Source: Hemiscyllium ocellatum
Taxonomy: Eukaryota
Length of the DNA: 64,000 nt
Assembly (NCBI RefSeq): GCF_020745735.1
Contig: NC_083430.1
Coordinates: forward strand, 31,114,909 to 31,178,908
Direction of reading: 5' to 3'
Position 1 is the stretch's first letter, and every line of letters begins with the position of its first letter. Shown here piece by piece: positions 37,385 to 50,195 of this stretch. The notes below the pieces were generated by a model, which saw only the letters and a program-made list of their open reading frames with translations, made no database searches and was not told where the DNA came from. Made by a program: the position numbers and the translations under genes.

Positions 37385-40300
37385 TAAGAGCTGCTCCTTT
37401 TTGTTTGAGGTATTTTAGGTAAGCTGCAATGACTCTTTTATTTGCTGTTGCATTGTTTTGGAACTTTGGGAAAAAAACAATAGCAGTTTTAAAAGGGAGA
37501 AGAGCAAACTAAGGAAGTACCTGGTGAGGACAGTGCAGGAGAGAGAGAGAGAGAGAACCTGCACAGTTAGCGCCTTTGCTGTTTGAATTTGTGTATCGCT
37601 GGACATCGGAGTCCATCTGGGAAAATTAACAAACAGTGAAATTCACAACTAATCTTGGAGGAACTGTTGGGTGACGTTCACAGCACAGAATCAGATAAGT
37701 TAATTGTTGTTTTAAGTCTGTCCGAGAGAGGCTGCAGTAGTGAGTATCGTGGATTCTTTCTTAATTATATGTTTTTGGAGATAAGTCTCTTCATTAAACT
37801 TAAAATATAAGCCATAGCTATTAATTTAACCTGGGGCAGTGTTTGTAGAGGAATAAGATGGTGTTATTTTCTGGGTCTGTAGATTGTGAAGGAGCAAAAA
37901 TGGCCTTTGCAGTGATATGTACTACTTGTCAGATGTGGGAGTTTAAAGAGAGTTGAAGGGTTCCTGTGGATTATATCTGCCAGAAATGCTGTTGGATACG
38001 AATCTTATCAGATCGGTTGGAGGGACAGATAGAAGCGATGAGGAATTTGCAACAGCAACAGTATGTAATGGATAGCAGTTATAGGAAGGGGGTGGGGGGT
38101 GGGGAAGAGAGAAGAGTCTTAGATACAGTCACATAGATGGGTTAACTCCAGGAAGGGTGAAAGAGGTCAGCACCTCGGGCAGGAGTCTTATGTGGATATA
38201 CCCATTTCAAACAGGTATGCTATTTTGAAAAATGTAGGCGGTGACGGATTCACAGGGGAACGTTATGGTAGGGGATTTTAACTTTCCAAACGTGATTGGG
38301 ACTGCCGTAGTGTTAAAGGTTTAGATGGGAGGAATTTCTTAAATGTGTACAAGACAATTTTCTGATTCAGTATGTGGATGTACCTACTAGAGAAGGTGCA
38401 AAACTTAACCTACTCTTGGGAAATAAGGCAGGGCAGGTAACTGAGGTGTCAGTGGGGGAGCACTTTGGGGCCAGTGACCATAACTCTATTCGTTTTAAAA
38501 TAGTGATGGAAAAGGATAGACCAGATCTAAAAGTTGAAGTTCTAAATTGGAGAAAGACCAATTTTGACGGTATTAGGCAACAACTTTCAAAAGCTGATTG
38601 GAGGCAGATGTTCACAGGTAAAGGGACAGCTGGAAAATGGGAAGCCTTCAAAAATGAGATAACAAGAATCCAGAGAAAGTATATTCCTGTTGGGGTGAAA
38701 GGGAAGGCTGCTAGGTAGAGGGAATGCTGGATGACTAAAGAAATTGAGGGTTTGGTTAAGAAAAAGAAGGAAGCACATGTAAGGTATAGACAGGATAGAT
38801 CGAGTGAATCCTTAGAGTATAAAGTATACTTGAGGGAAATCAGGAGGGCAAAACAGGGACATGAGAGTGCTTTGGCAAATAGAATTAAGGAGATTACAAA
38901 TGGTTTTTACAAATATATTAAGGACAAAAGGATAACGGGAGTGAATAGGGCTCCTCAAAGATCAGCAACGTGGAGCCACAGAAAATGGGGAAAATACTAA
39001 ATGAATATTTTGCATCAGTATTTACTGTGGAAAAGGATATGGAAGATATCGACTGTAGGGAAATAGATGGTGACATCTTGCAAAATGTCCAGATTACAGA
39101 GGAGGAAGTGCTAGATGTCTTGAAATGGTTAAAGGTGGATAAATCCCCAGGACCTGATCAGGGGTGTACCTGAGAACTCTGTGGGAAGCTAGAGAAGTGA
39201 TTGTTGGGCCTTTTGCTGAGATATTTGTATCATCAATAGTCACGGGTGAGGTGCTGGAAGACTGGAGGTTGGCAAACATGGTGCCACTGTCTCAGGGTGG
39301 TAAAGACAAGCCAGGGAACTATAGACCAGTGAGCCTGACCTCGGTGGTGGGCAAGTTGTTGGAGGGAATCCTGAGGGACAGATTATACATGTATTTGGAA
39401 AGGCAAGGACTGAATCAGGATAGTTAAATGGCTTTGTGCGTGGGAAATCGTGTCTCACAAACTTGATTGAGTTTTTTGAAGAAGTAACAAAGATGTTTTG
39501 AGGGCAGAGCAGTAGATGTGATCCATGTGGATTTCAGGAAGGCGTTCGACAAGGTTCCCCATGGGAGACTGATTGGCAAGGTTAGATCTCTTGGAATACA
39601 GGGAGAGCTAGTCATTTGGATACAGAACTGGCTCAAAGGCAGAAGACAGATGGTAGTAGTGGAGGGTTTTTTTCAGACTGGAGGTCTGTGACCAGTGGAG
39701 TGCCACAAGGATCGGTGCTGGGCCCTCTACTCTTTGTCAATTATGTAAATGATTTGGATGCAAGCATAAGAGGTACAGTTAGTAAGTTTACAGATGACAC
39801 CAAAATTGGAGGTGTAGTGGACAGCAAAGAAGGCTATCTCCGATTACAACAGGTTCTGGACCAGATGGGCCAATGGACTGAGAAGTGGCAGATGGAGTAT
39901 AATTCAGATAAATGCGAGGTGCTGCATTTTGGGAAAGCAAATCTTAGTAGGATTTATACACTTAATGGTAAGGTCCAAGGGAGTGTTGCTGAACAAAGAG
40001 ACCTTGGCTTGCAGGTTCATAGCTCCTTGAAAGTGGAGTCACAGGTAGATAGGATAGTGAAGAAGGCATTTGGCATGCTTTCCTTTATTGGTCAGAGTAT
40101 TGAGTACAGGAGTTGGGAGGTCATGTTGCGGCTGTACAGGACATTGGTTAGGCCGTTGTTGGAATATTGCGTGCAATCCTGGTCTCCTTCCTATCGGAAA
40201 GACGTTGTGAAACTTGAAAGGGTTCAGAAAAGATTTAAAAGGATGTTGCCAGGGTTGGAGGATTTGAGCTAAAGGGAGAGGCTGAACATGCTGGAGTTGT

Positions 40301-40705
40301 TTTACCCTGGAGTGTCAGAGGCTGGGGGGTGACCTTAAGGAGGTTTACAAAATTGAGGGGCATGGATAGGATAAATAGACAAAGTCTTTTCCCTGGAGTC
40401 AGGGAGTTCAGAACTAGAGGACATAGGTTTAGGGTGAGAGGGGAAAGATATAAAAGAGACCTAAGGGGCAACTTTTTTCCACACAGGGTGATACGTATAT
40501 GGAATGAGCTACCTGAGGAAGTGGTGGAGGCTAGTACAATTGCAACATTGAAGAGGCATTTGGATGGGTATATGAATAGGAAGGGTTTGAAGGGATATGG
40601 GCCAGGTGCTGGCGGGTGGGACTAGATTGGGTTGGGATATTTGGTCAGCATGGACGAGTTGGACCGAAGGGTCTGTTTCCATGCTGTACATCTCTATGAC
40701 TCTAT
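37385..40705 (+). mobile_element. Near full-length CR1 LINE with one internal deletion
   Basis: 5' UTR; ORF1 from ATG 37900 (MAFAVICTTCQMWE..DYICQKC..RLEGQIEAMRNLQ, CxxC..CxxC plus coiled coil, one stop); deletion near 38265 into APE (GDFNFP); frameshifted RT (SGVPQGSVLGPLLF, FTDDTK); CTCTATGACTCTAT tail. Confidence 0.95.
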
Positions 40706-42749
40706 AACAGCGAGAAGTCTGTGCTCCTGTCTCCTGTGGATAATGAGGATTTTAGTGTTCTGAACATCTATCTCCTTTCTACTCCTGAGTTACTTCCAAA
40801 CTATAGCCTGCGTTATCTTTTTAAACCTTGCAGGATGCCCTTCCCTTTTCTGTGATTGGAATTGAATGTTGCCATTTAACAACTTTAGGAACTGTGTGCC
40901 ATAAGTATTACTCGTCATAGATTATTAGCTTGCTCAGTGAAGGAGAAGATGGATATAATAGAGAATTTCATTGCACTCATTAACAAAAACATTTGAAGGT
41001 ATCTTAGCTAATAGCTAAGAAGTCTTTTAACAGATGAATTTGTGCACCAGGTGAGACTTTCCTAGTCACTAACTGGAAAATATGACTTGCTAGTTTTAGG
41101 ACAATATGTTTGATCTGTATATGACAAACAGAAAGCAGCCATTGTATGCATAGCCTCTCTCTGGAGTTCTGAGTTTTATCAGGGAGTGGGTTCTTGGCCA
41201 AAAAGAGCTCAAAGAGGAAAGCACATAAAAATCACCTGCTGTTCTGCTGAGACTCCAGGTAACCATCAATTTTCATAACTGCAGAAATGGCAAACAAATC
41301 AGTCTCACACTCCATCTCGCTCCCACCCCCTCACCTCCATCCTGATCATCTGAGTCCACTTTAGCCATGCGCTGCCTAGTGAACCTCAAACCATTTCAAC
41401 TGTTGAATTTAATTTCAAGTTTCATGCTCTTCACTTTGGAAAAACAGTTCAAGAGCAATGATCTCAGACTGATCTTGCCTTCAAGTATCTTTTTTAATCT
41501 TTTCAATCTTTTGTTTTCTTTTTGGTGCACAATTGATCACGCTTCACTTAGACAGATATTGCTGAAAGTTATTTTAATAAACTGACCTTTTGTATTTAAA
41601 GCATAGACCTGTTATTTTTAAATTAAAATACTCAAACTAAAGGGCAGATACAATCAAGTTATACAAATTTTTTGGTTCATGGAATCACACTGAGGACATT
41701 CCTGATGTAATTGTGACAGTAGCTAAACAGAAGAAAGTTAATTTTTCACGTGGAAGTATGTGCAAATATAGATAAAGAAACTATATAGTGTCTCCAGACC
41801 ATATGGTTGCGCTCTCATTAGAGAGATGACTGGTGCAGGTTGGCTAAACTTGAGATGAGGAGAGAGCTTGAAAAGGAGAGTCCTTTATGGTGACATCTGC
41901 TGGCATGGGAATTGGACCTCCACAGTTGGCATCACTTTGGATTGCAAACCACTCATCCAGCTAACAACATCTCACACGTATAAAGTGAATACAATGCAAT
42001 GTGTAACTGTAATATCTTCAGAGTATGAAGCTGCCCCATTCTTGTCACAAAACACCTTCAAATTGTATGTCATGGAAGTTTGGAAACAGAAGAGGGACTG
42101 TTAAAGTGCTGAGCAAACCACTGTGATTAAAATTAAATTGCTTTCTTAGGCACAGCTCCAGTAGCTAAGCAAGTTGTCTTTATTGCTGACGTTAATAGCT
42201 TCCTCAAAAATTTTATATACCAAAAAACAGTACATTATTGATAGCAGAGGAAACATTTCAATGATAACTGAAGCAAAGATTTAAAAATGCAACAAATATA
42301 CAAATATATAAATTTAGTCAATGGTTGCAAGCGTTTGGGATGTGGACTTAACAGGTAGTGGAGTGAAAGGGAACAATCCTAGCAACTCTGTTGTCCATTT
42401 GCACAATGTGACTAAGCATATCATTAAAGTTGATATCAAGTGTTTCCTCTAACTTTATTTTTTGTGAAGCAGCGAACTAACCAAGATTTCTACTTTACGA
42501 TAGCTTAATCTGATTGACAACATCCTCAGGTTCAGTATTTTCTCTGTGGATGTATCTGAGCTGTTATACAGTCTTTTAGAGAATAAATATGAAATAGCCA
42601 GGAAATCTGAGAGTACCTCTTACCCTTTGATATATAATTCAATATACAGTAAACATCAAATCAATTTCTGGAATCCTGGAGATGTACAATAACATGATTT
42701 TGTCTTTTGCCCTAGATGCAGTAAAGTTGGAAATTTTGCTCGTACGTTC

Positions 42750-43097
42750 AGGGTGGCATTATGGCTCAGTCGTTAGCGCTGCTGCCTCAGTGCCAGGGAC
42801 CTGTGTTTGATTCTACCTTTTGGTGACTGTGCAAACTCCACACAGACATTCTCCCTGCATCTATGTGGGTTTCCTCTGGGTGCTCCGCTTTCCTCCCAAA
42901 GTCCAAAGCTGTGCAGATTAGGTGGATTGGCCATCCTAAATTGCCCATTGTGTTCAGGAATGGGCAGGCTAGATGGATTAACCATGGGTTACAGGTCTAG
43001 GGTAGATGGATGGGTTTGGGTGGGATGCTGTTTGGGAGGGACTGTGAGGACTCAATGGGCTCAGTGTCTTGCTCCCACACTGTAGGGATTCTATGAT
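42750..43097 (+). mobile_element. V-SINE
   Basis: GGGTGGCATTATGGCTCAGTCGTTAGC head, V-domain, CTGTAGGGATTCTATGATT tail. Confidence 0.88.
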
Positions 43098-43879
43098 TTT
43101 GAGTACGAAGAATAGTCAGTCTTCAGTAAGAAATTTGAATTGGAAGCCTCACTTCAACTAGGATTCCAGTCTGAGATGGGCTGTCCTCTTGGTGTAAGTC
43201 TCGTTTTTTTTTCTTTTAGGAACTGGGTAAGATAAATTCACCTTGGGGTGTACCATGAAGGTATTGATTGCCTTTAAATTGACAATGTTTTGGAGCTCCA
43301 ATCAAATAGGAAAAAGTGGTGTAGTTGGGATTGTCTTTCTGAAGTTGAAGCTGAAACCTGCTGCCCATTTGGTCTGACATTCCTGCCTTGGTAATATTTG
43401 CTGTTGACACCGGATCATTCATCTTGATGAAATTATAAGTGTAATAATAGGTGCATGTTTAGTTTTTGATGTTTTGCAGATCATTCCATTTACCCTGGGG
43501 AGCAACTAGGCTAGTTTGCGAGGATGAAGAAATCTTATCATTGAGAAGGATTTGCTTATCATTTTAGTTTTTAGTGTATATAATGTTAGCATACCCTTCA
43601 AGCTATGAATGATGCAGATGTAAATTTCAGAATTTTCCATTTCAAATTCGTCTTTACAATTTTGCAATTTTTTTTGTTTTTGAATGTATTTAACTTTTTC
43701 CCTCTTTAAAAATTTTGATGGCAAGGAATGAGGGAGAGAGAGGTGGTGTGGTTAAAGATGTGTTTGCAATAAATAGTTGTTTTCTTGTTAATGCATTAAC
43801 CTGGAGTTTTGTTTTAAACCTAAGTTCAACGGGTAAATGTGCAACTTTGAATAGTTTGACTCAATTTTTTACATTGTGA

Positions 43880-44430
43880 CAACTCGTGGGGCTTGATTTC
43901 CAACATACTCCCCTTGATGTCTCAAGACGAGATATTTAATGATCCAGAAAGCATTGTTGATAATGCTAAAATCCCAATAGCTCACATGAATCGCCTTAGG
44001 GAACCAGATCTACTGTCCTTGCCTGCTCTGGCCTTAATGCGATTCCATACTCAAAGCAATGTGGTTGACTTTCAGTTGCCCTCTGAAACGGCCTAGCAAG
44101 TCACTTTAATTTCAGGTGCCACCAGCACCACCCTGGCCAAGTCCTATCAATCTGGCAGTGTCGTCCTACTAGAGATGGTGGCACTGTGGTATATGATACA
44201 ATATGCAATATAATAGGGCTGGAATTGGCAGGAGTCGTCTGCATTGCTTTTACATCCATGAAGTTTCGTGGGCTCTAATAGCATCAGATCAAATATGGCT
44301 AATGAAATATCCTATTACTACATTCCCCGCCTATGAATCTGTGCACCTCCATGTTGCACACCAACTAGAGGGGCCCAGATTGTACTTTGGGTGGTAGACT
44401 TAAATGTTCATTATTACGATCTCAGCAGAT
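43880..44430 (+). mobile_element. Second SINE-head + APE copy of the 8040-11125 family
   Basis: AGCAATGTGGTTGACTTTCAGTTGCCCTCTGAAACGGCCTAGCAAG followed by decayed APE sequence (RPTRDGGTVV, HEVSW, ESVHLHVAHQLE, VLWVVDLNVH). Confidence 0.7.
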
Positions 44431-44589
44431 CAGTCTGATCTTAGACTGAAGTCTGCCTTGTTTTTTTTTCTTTTATGGTGGTCTTTCACTGCAGCATAAG
44501 CACGCAATGCCACAGTTTCGATTTGTTTCACAAAAATGAAGGTAAGATGATTCATTTTGTGGAATGCTTTAGTAATACTCTCAAAATTC

Positions 44590-46540
44590 AAGAGTCAGGA
44601 GCAGCGATGAGAAAAGTAACTATCACCCAGGAGTAGGTGCTTAAAAAAAAACTGAAAGGTCTGTAAGTCAATAAATTGCTGGACCAGATGTGCTACATCC
44701 TAGACTTCTGAAGGAGATAGCTGAAGAAATAGTGGAGTCTTTTAATAGTGATCTTTCAGCTATCACTGGAGTCAGGGAGGGACACAGGTCTGGAAAAATG
44801 CAAATTTAACCCCCCCCCCACCCCAGGTTTAAGAAAGGAGCAAGGCAAAATACGGGAAATTATAGGCTGATTAGCCCAATCTCTGTAGTTGGTAAAATAT
44901 TGGAGTCCGTTGTGAAGGATGAGATTTCTGAATACTTGGAAGTGTATGGTAAAACAGTGCAAAGTCAGCATGGTTTCATCAAGGGGAGATCATGTTTGAC
45001 AAATCTGTTAGATTTCTTCTAAGGAGGTAATAAACAGGTTAGACATAGAGCCAATAGATGTTATCTATCTGGACTTCCTGAAGGCCTTTGATAACATGCC
45101 GTGTTGAGTAAGATAAGGGCCCATGGTTTTAGAGACCAGGCATTAGCATGGTTAGAAGGTTGGCTTCTGGCAGAAGGCAGAGTGGGGATAAAAGGGTCCT
45201 TCTCAGGATGGAAGCCAGTAACTAGTGGTGTTCTACAGATTATGGTGGGACCACACTTCTCGCTTTGTGCATTAATGACCTGGATGAAGGAACGGAGAGC
45301 ATTCTGGTTAAGTTTGTAGACAGTACAGAGATAGTTGGGTTGGGGACAGTAGTATTAAGGAGGTGAGGAAGCTGCACAACGATTTGGGCAAGTTAGGAGT
45401 GTGGACAAAAGTGCCGGATTGATTATAATGTGGGAAAGTGTGAGTTTATGCTCTTTGGTAGGAAGAATAGAGGCACGGACTATTTTATGAATGGGGAGAA
45501 AATTTCAGAAATCTGAAGTGCAAAGGGAGTTGGGAGTCCTAGTCCAGGTTTTCTAAGGTAAACTTGCAGGTTGAATTGATAGTTAGGAAGGCAAATACAA
45601 TGTTGTCATTCATCTCAAGAAGACTAGAATATAAAAGCAGGAATGTACTTATAATGCTCTGGTCAGACCACACTTGATTCGATTCGATTCGATTACTTAG
45701 TGTGGAAACATGCCCTTTGGCCCAACAAGTCCATACCGACCCTCTGAAGAGCAACCCACCCAGACCCATTCCCCTACATTTACCCCTTCACCTAACACTA
45801 CAGGCAATTTGGCATCACCAGTTCACCAAACCTGCACATCTTTGGATTGTGGGAGGAAACCGGAACACCTGGAGGAAACCCATGCAAACATGGGGAGAAT
45901 ATGCAAACTCCACACACAGTTGCCTGAGGTGGGAATTGAACCCGGGTCTCTGGCGCAGAGAGGCAGCAGTGCTAACCACTGTGCCACCGTGCCGCCCACC
46001 AACATTTGAATATTGAGAGTAATTTTGGGCCCCGTACTCAGGAAAGATTATATTTGCTGTAGAGCTGATCCAGAGGAGGTTCACGAGAATAATCCCAGGG
46101 ATGAAGGGTTTAACATATGAAGAACGTTTGAGGACTCTGACTGTATTCGACAGAGTTTAAAAGGATATGAGGAGATCTGATTGAAACTTTCAGAATACTG
46201 GACAGAGTGGCCGTTGGGAAGAAGTTTCCATTGGTTGGAGAGTCAAGGATCTGAGGGTACAGCCTTAAAGGGAAAGGAAGACCTTTTAGAATGGAGATAA
46301 GGAGAAACTTCAGCCAGAGAACAGTGAATCTGTGGAATTTGTTGCCACAGAAGGCTGTGAAGGCCTGGTCATTGAGTATATTTTAAAACAAGGATAGATA
46401 AGTTCTTGATTGTCATGGGGATCAAAAGTTACTGGGAGAAAGTGGGAAAAGGAGGTCTCAAATCCTATCAGCCACGATTGAATGGTTGAGTAGACTCTGA
46501 GCTGAATAGCCTAATTTCTGCTCCCATGTATATCGTCTTA
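44590..46540 (+). mobile_element. CR1 LINE (second subfamily), RT to 3' end
   Basis: GGAAATTATAGGCTGATTAGCC (NYR.IS), ORF 45101-45319 (KIRAHG..SFSGWKPVTSGV); interrupted by a V-SINE. Confidence 0.88.
45677..45997 (-). mobile_element. V-SINE, relatively young
   Basis: Well-preserved head GGGCGGCACGGTGGCACAGTGGTTAGC with CpGs retained, (AATCG)n tail, imperfect TSD ACCACACTTG / ACCAACATTTG. Confidence 0.93.
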
Positions 46541-46557
46541 AAGAACAAACCAAACTA

Positions 46558-47146
46558 CAGAAGAACCTCGATTATCCGGTGTTCAATTATCCGAATATCA
46601 GATTATCTGGTATGGAAGTTAATTTGGCAGTTATGCAGTTAACTTAGTGTTGTAATGCATGCACAGGATCGTATTGCAGAGCTCCAATAATAGATAATGG
46701 TAGTACACTGTGATAAACTAGTTGAATCACTGAAAGATGATGGTGTAATGTGATAAGTGTAAGGTGGTGAACTAGGGTTGCAGACGATTATTAGTTTAGA
46801 GAGACAAAGCAAGCCAGTATGATCGCTTATGCTAATGCTATCAGATAAGTGCGGGAACTAGGACTGAAAAAACTGCAGAAAGACAAAAGGCTGGTGGGCA
46901 AACAGGAAAAATACTGTCTGATTGCTACTGCTTTTCTTTGCAAATAAAAGTTTATCTTTATGAAGGATTTTCTGCATCTCCTGGTAATTCCTAGAATATT
47001 GAGTGATCTTTCCACAACACCTGCAAGATCGCAAGGTCCCAATGCTTGGCTAAACTACTTATCCGGCATTGGTTATTTGGAATTCGATTTAACCGAACGA
47101 AATACTCCCCTTCTCAGTTGTCCTTCATATAATCAAGGTTCTTCAG
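46558..47146. mobile_element. Tigger/pogo-type (Tc1-mariner) non-autonomous DNA transposon
   Basis: TA|CAGAAGAACCTCGATTATCCG ... CATATAATCAAGGTTCTTCAG|TA: 21-bp TIR (17/21 match), TA target duplication, repeated TTATCCG subterminal motifs. Confidence 0.85.
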
Positions 47147-47984
47147 TAGGTTTGTGTATCACAATTTGAAATATTTTGAAATTCAAAGCAGAAAAAGATC
47201 CTGCTGTTATTAACAGCATCACTTTTTTTGGTATTGAAATGCCAGAGGTTGTGTTCCAAACACATTTCATTTGACTGCATTCAATCCACCGTCTCGATAG
47301 CTTGATGCCCTTTTGAGTTTTATTCACAAAACAGCCTAAAATTTCTTACCTTGAAGTAACCTCTTCAGGGTTCTAACCAAACTCTTCTGGAATTTTCAAA
47401 TAAAGCCTTTGCACTGAGGTAAGGTGTTTCTAACTCTTCAGAACTATAACTCCTTTCTCCAGGAGAAATTGTTACATCTGACTGCTGCTGGGTCCCTCCG
47501 AACTGAATCTAAAAGCTTTCCATTGTGTGGGTTTTAAGGATAAAATCGACCTTGATTTATCAAAGTCAAATTGCATTTCGTTATTTTTTTTTTCCAGATT
47601 GTAGAACACTCCCAATACAAACATATTTCCACCATCACTCCAGGAGGACCCTAGACACTTGTTTTCTAATACATTGGTTTAAATCATACGTCCAGAAAGA
47701 CTGACCAGTTAATTATTAAACTTGCTCATACACAGACCAAATCCACATGCTACTAGTTCAGAATCCAAACTCTACCTTCAATGATGATGATATTGATAAC
47801 ATTAATATTCATTACTGCATCATTGTCAAGTATTGCAGTAGCACTCCTGACTGAACTGCTCCTGGCCAAGTCCTAAAGGGTATAACCCCTAGGCTGGGTC
47901 TGTTTTTACTGAGGAACCAACAAGGTTGAAAAACCTATTTGACCCCGTTCTTGCCACTCTTCCCTGTTCTCTGTGCATCTGTGC

Positions 47985-48100
47985 GTTCCTGTTGAAGGGC
48001 TTATGCCCAAAATGTCGACTCTCCTCCTCCTTAGATACTGTCTGACCTGCTGTGCTTTTCCGGCGCCACACTTTTCGACTCCAGCATCTGCAGTGCTCAT
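47985..48100 (+). repeat. Family A short repeat with decayed hammerhead
   Basis: CTGTTGA-A-GGGC-TTAT-GCCC-AAAATGTC followed by the family A body. Confidence 0.75.
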
Positions 48101-48899
48101 TTTCTTCTCTGTGCATCTGGCCAATATAACACTGGTGGGAGTGACAACCATCATGGGATTTCATTGCCACAAATACTGCTGTCTTAGTTGGGGAGACCCT
48201 TTGTGTGGCAGAAGTTTTAAACAAACAACAATAAATTTTATTTATAACATTAGGACAGTAATACAATTAACAATAAATGTCCAACTTTATTTCTAGCACC
48301 AAGAATTAAAATGAGTAAATGTGGGTAATGGACTGTGAATACCCTGCAGTGTAGATCAAAAAGCAAATATAAACTAGACAGACCTCATGGATTTGTCAAT
48401 AATTCCCTCGCATGTTAACACAGTGAGTCATCAGATCTCCTTAAACTCCCCAAGGCATGAGAACTATTCAGTTTTGCCAATCATCCCTATTTAAACTCTC
48501 TTTCTCATAAGTGACTCCACCCTGGATTGTCTCATCAACTGCTCCCACGCTGTTTAATTATACATGCTCACTCTCACTCTCTTTTTTTCTCTGTGCATCT
48601 GCCCCTCTCTGCATACATCCAGGCATGAATATTGGTGGATAAATGAACAACTAGCAGAAGGAGGAACATCTCTAAGCATCCTTGTCCTCAGTGATGGTGT
48701 GTACCACGTATCAGTGCAAAAAAACCTAGACTGAAATATTTGCATTCATTGACAGCCAGATTGTTGAGTGGGTGATGATTCTTGGCCTCATTCTTATTTC
48801 CCCAACATCACGGAAGCCAACCTTCAACGACTTCAATTGATGGTTTTTTTTGTCGGTCTGTCTTTCGTGTGAATGAGACTGAAAACACAGCATTTTTTA

Positions 48900-49190
48900 T
48901 TAGATTACTTAGTGTGGAAACAGGCCCTTCGGTCCAACAAGTCCACACCGAAGCACAACCCACCCAGACCCATTCTCCTACATTTACCCCTGCATCTAAC
49001 ACTACAGGCAATTTAGCATTGCCAATTCACCTAACCTGCACATTTTTGGACTGTGGGAGGAAACTGGAACACCTGGAGGAAACCCACGCAGACACGGGGA
49101 GAATGTGCAAACTCCACACAGTCAATCACCTGAGGCAGGAATTGAACCCAGGTCTCTGACACTGAGAGGCAGCAGTGCCACTCTGCTGCC
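48900..49190 (-). mobile_element. V-SINE
   Basis: Highly similar to 45677-45997. Confidence 0.9.
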
Positions 49191-50019
49191 CAATGTTCGT
49201 TTTAACATCAGAGACATCAGTTCGATGTCTGTTGCTCTGCTGAAGTTACAGTATTGTTAATAAATTTGAGTCTTTTAAAGCTACAGATTGGGTGTCGTGA
49301 ATTGATTATTCACTGAGTCAAGATTTGTTATTCATGAAGTCTGATCAGGAGCGATTGGGGTCAGATTCAGTGATCTTAACTTTAGTGTGGTGGTTTGGCT
49401 GTCTGTCTCTGTTTTGTAACACTAGCATTACAATTAGCCTTGTGATTATGTGCTGTACCTGCATCCTAAAGTTTGTGATTCATGCACAAGGCACCTTAAT
49501 TCCTCTTGGAATTCTGCATTCGTTCTGTTTTGTAATATTCTGTTTTTGTTTTTTCCTGACAAAATGAACGATTTCATGTTTTCTGACATTACATTCCATC
49601 TGCAAGACCTTTTGACTCATCTGCAACTTTTTACCTTGATAGTATCATCTGTGAATTTAGCTAAGATACCTCTGTCCATATTTTTAAAAAATTGATGTAA
49701 ATTGGAAACTATTAAGGCCACAGCACAGTCCTGTTGGGCTCCACTCAGCACATCACATCCTGCCAGTCTCACAGGCCCATTTTGTGTTTTGCCAGTCAAC
49801 CCATCTCATGTCATTGCAAATACATCTTGAGCTTTTACTTTACAAAAACTTTTATATATTTGGATCTTATCAAATGTCTTCTGGAAATCCAAGTATAGAA
49901 TGTGTACAGGCTCCCCTTTTTATCAACAATGCTATCCTTTCAAAGAATTCCAACAAATTTGGTAAAACAGGGGGCTCTTGTGGTCTCCACCACTGGGCCA
50001 GGAGGCCTGAGTCAAGAAA

Positions 50020-50195
50020 ACTGAAGAACTGCAGATGCTGGAAATTAGAAGCACAAATAGAAATTGTTGGAAAAACAGGTTCTGAAGAAGGGTTACTGGA
50101 CCCAAAATGTTAACAGATAGTGTCAGACCTGAGTGTTTTTTTTTATTCCAACAATTTCTATTTTAGTTTCTGATTCCCAGCATCCGCAGTCCTTG
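50020..50195 (+). repeat. Family B fold-back repeat with CpG-decayed hammerhead
   Basis: Inverted ends (ACTGCAGATGCTGGAAAT..ATTCCCAGCATCCGCAGT); GTT-CTGAAGA-A-GGGTT-ACTG-GACCC-AAAATGTT-AAC at 50079-50114. Confidence 0.75.

Noticed and set aside
39616-40272. 218-aa ORF as an active reverse transcriptase or host gene
   Set aside because: Fragment of a frameshifted CR1 ORF2 with flanking stops.
47781-47834. C/D-box snoRNA-like ATGATGA...CTGA
   Set aside because: The C-box is part of an (ATG)n run, there is no terminal stem, and I recognise no rRNA antisense element.
47150-48560. Additional LTR-like AT-rich blocks
   Set aside because: Could not define termini, PBS/PPT or TSD.
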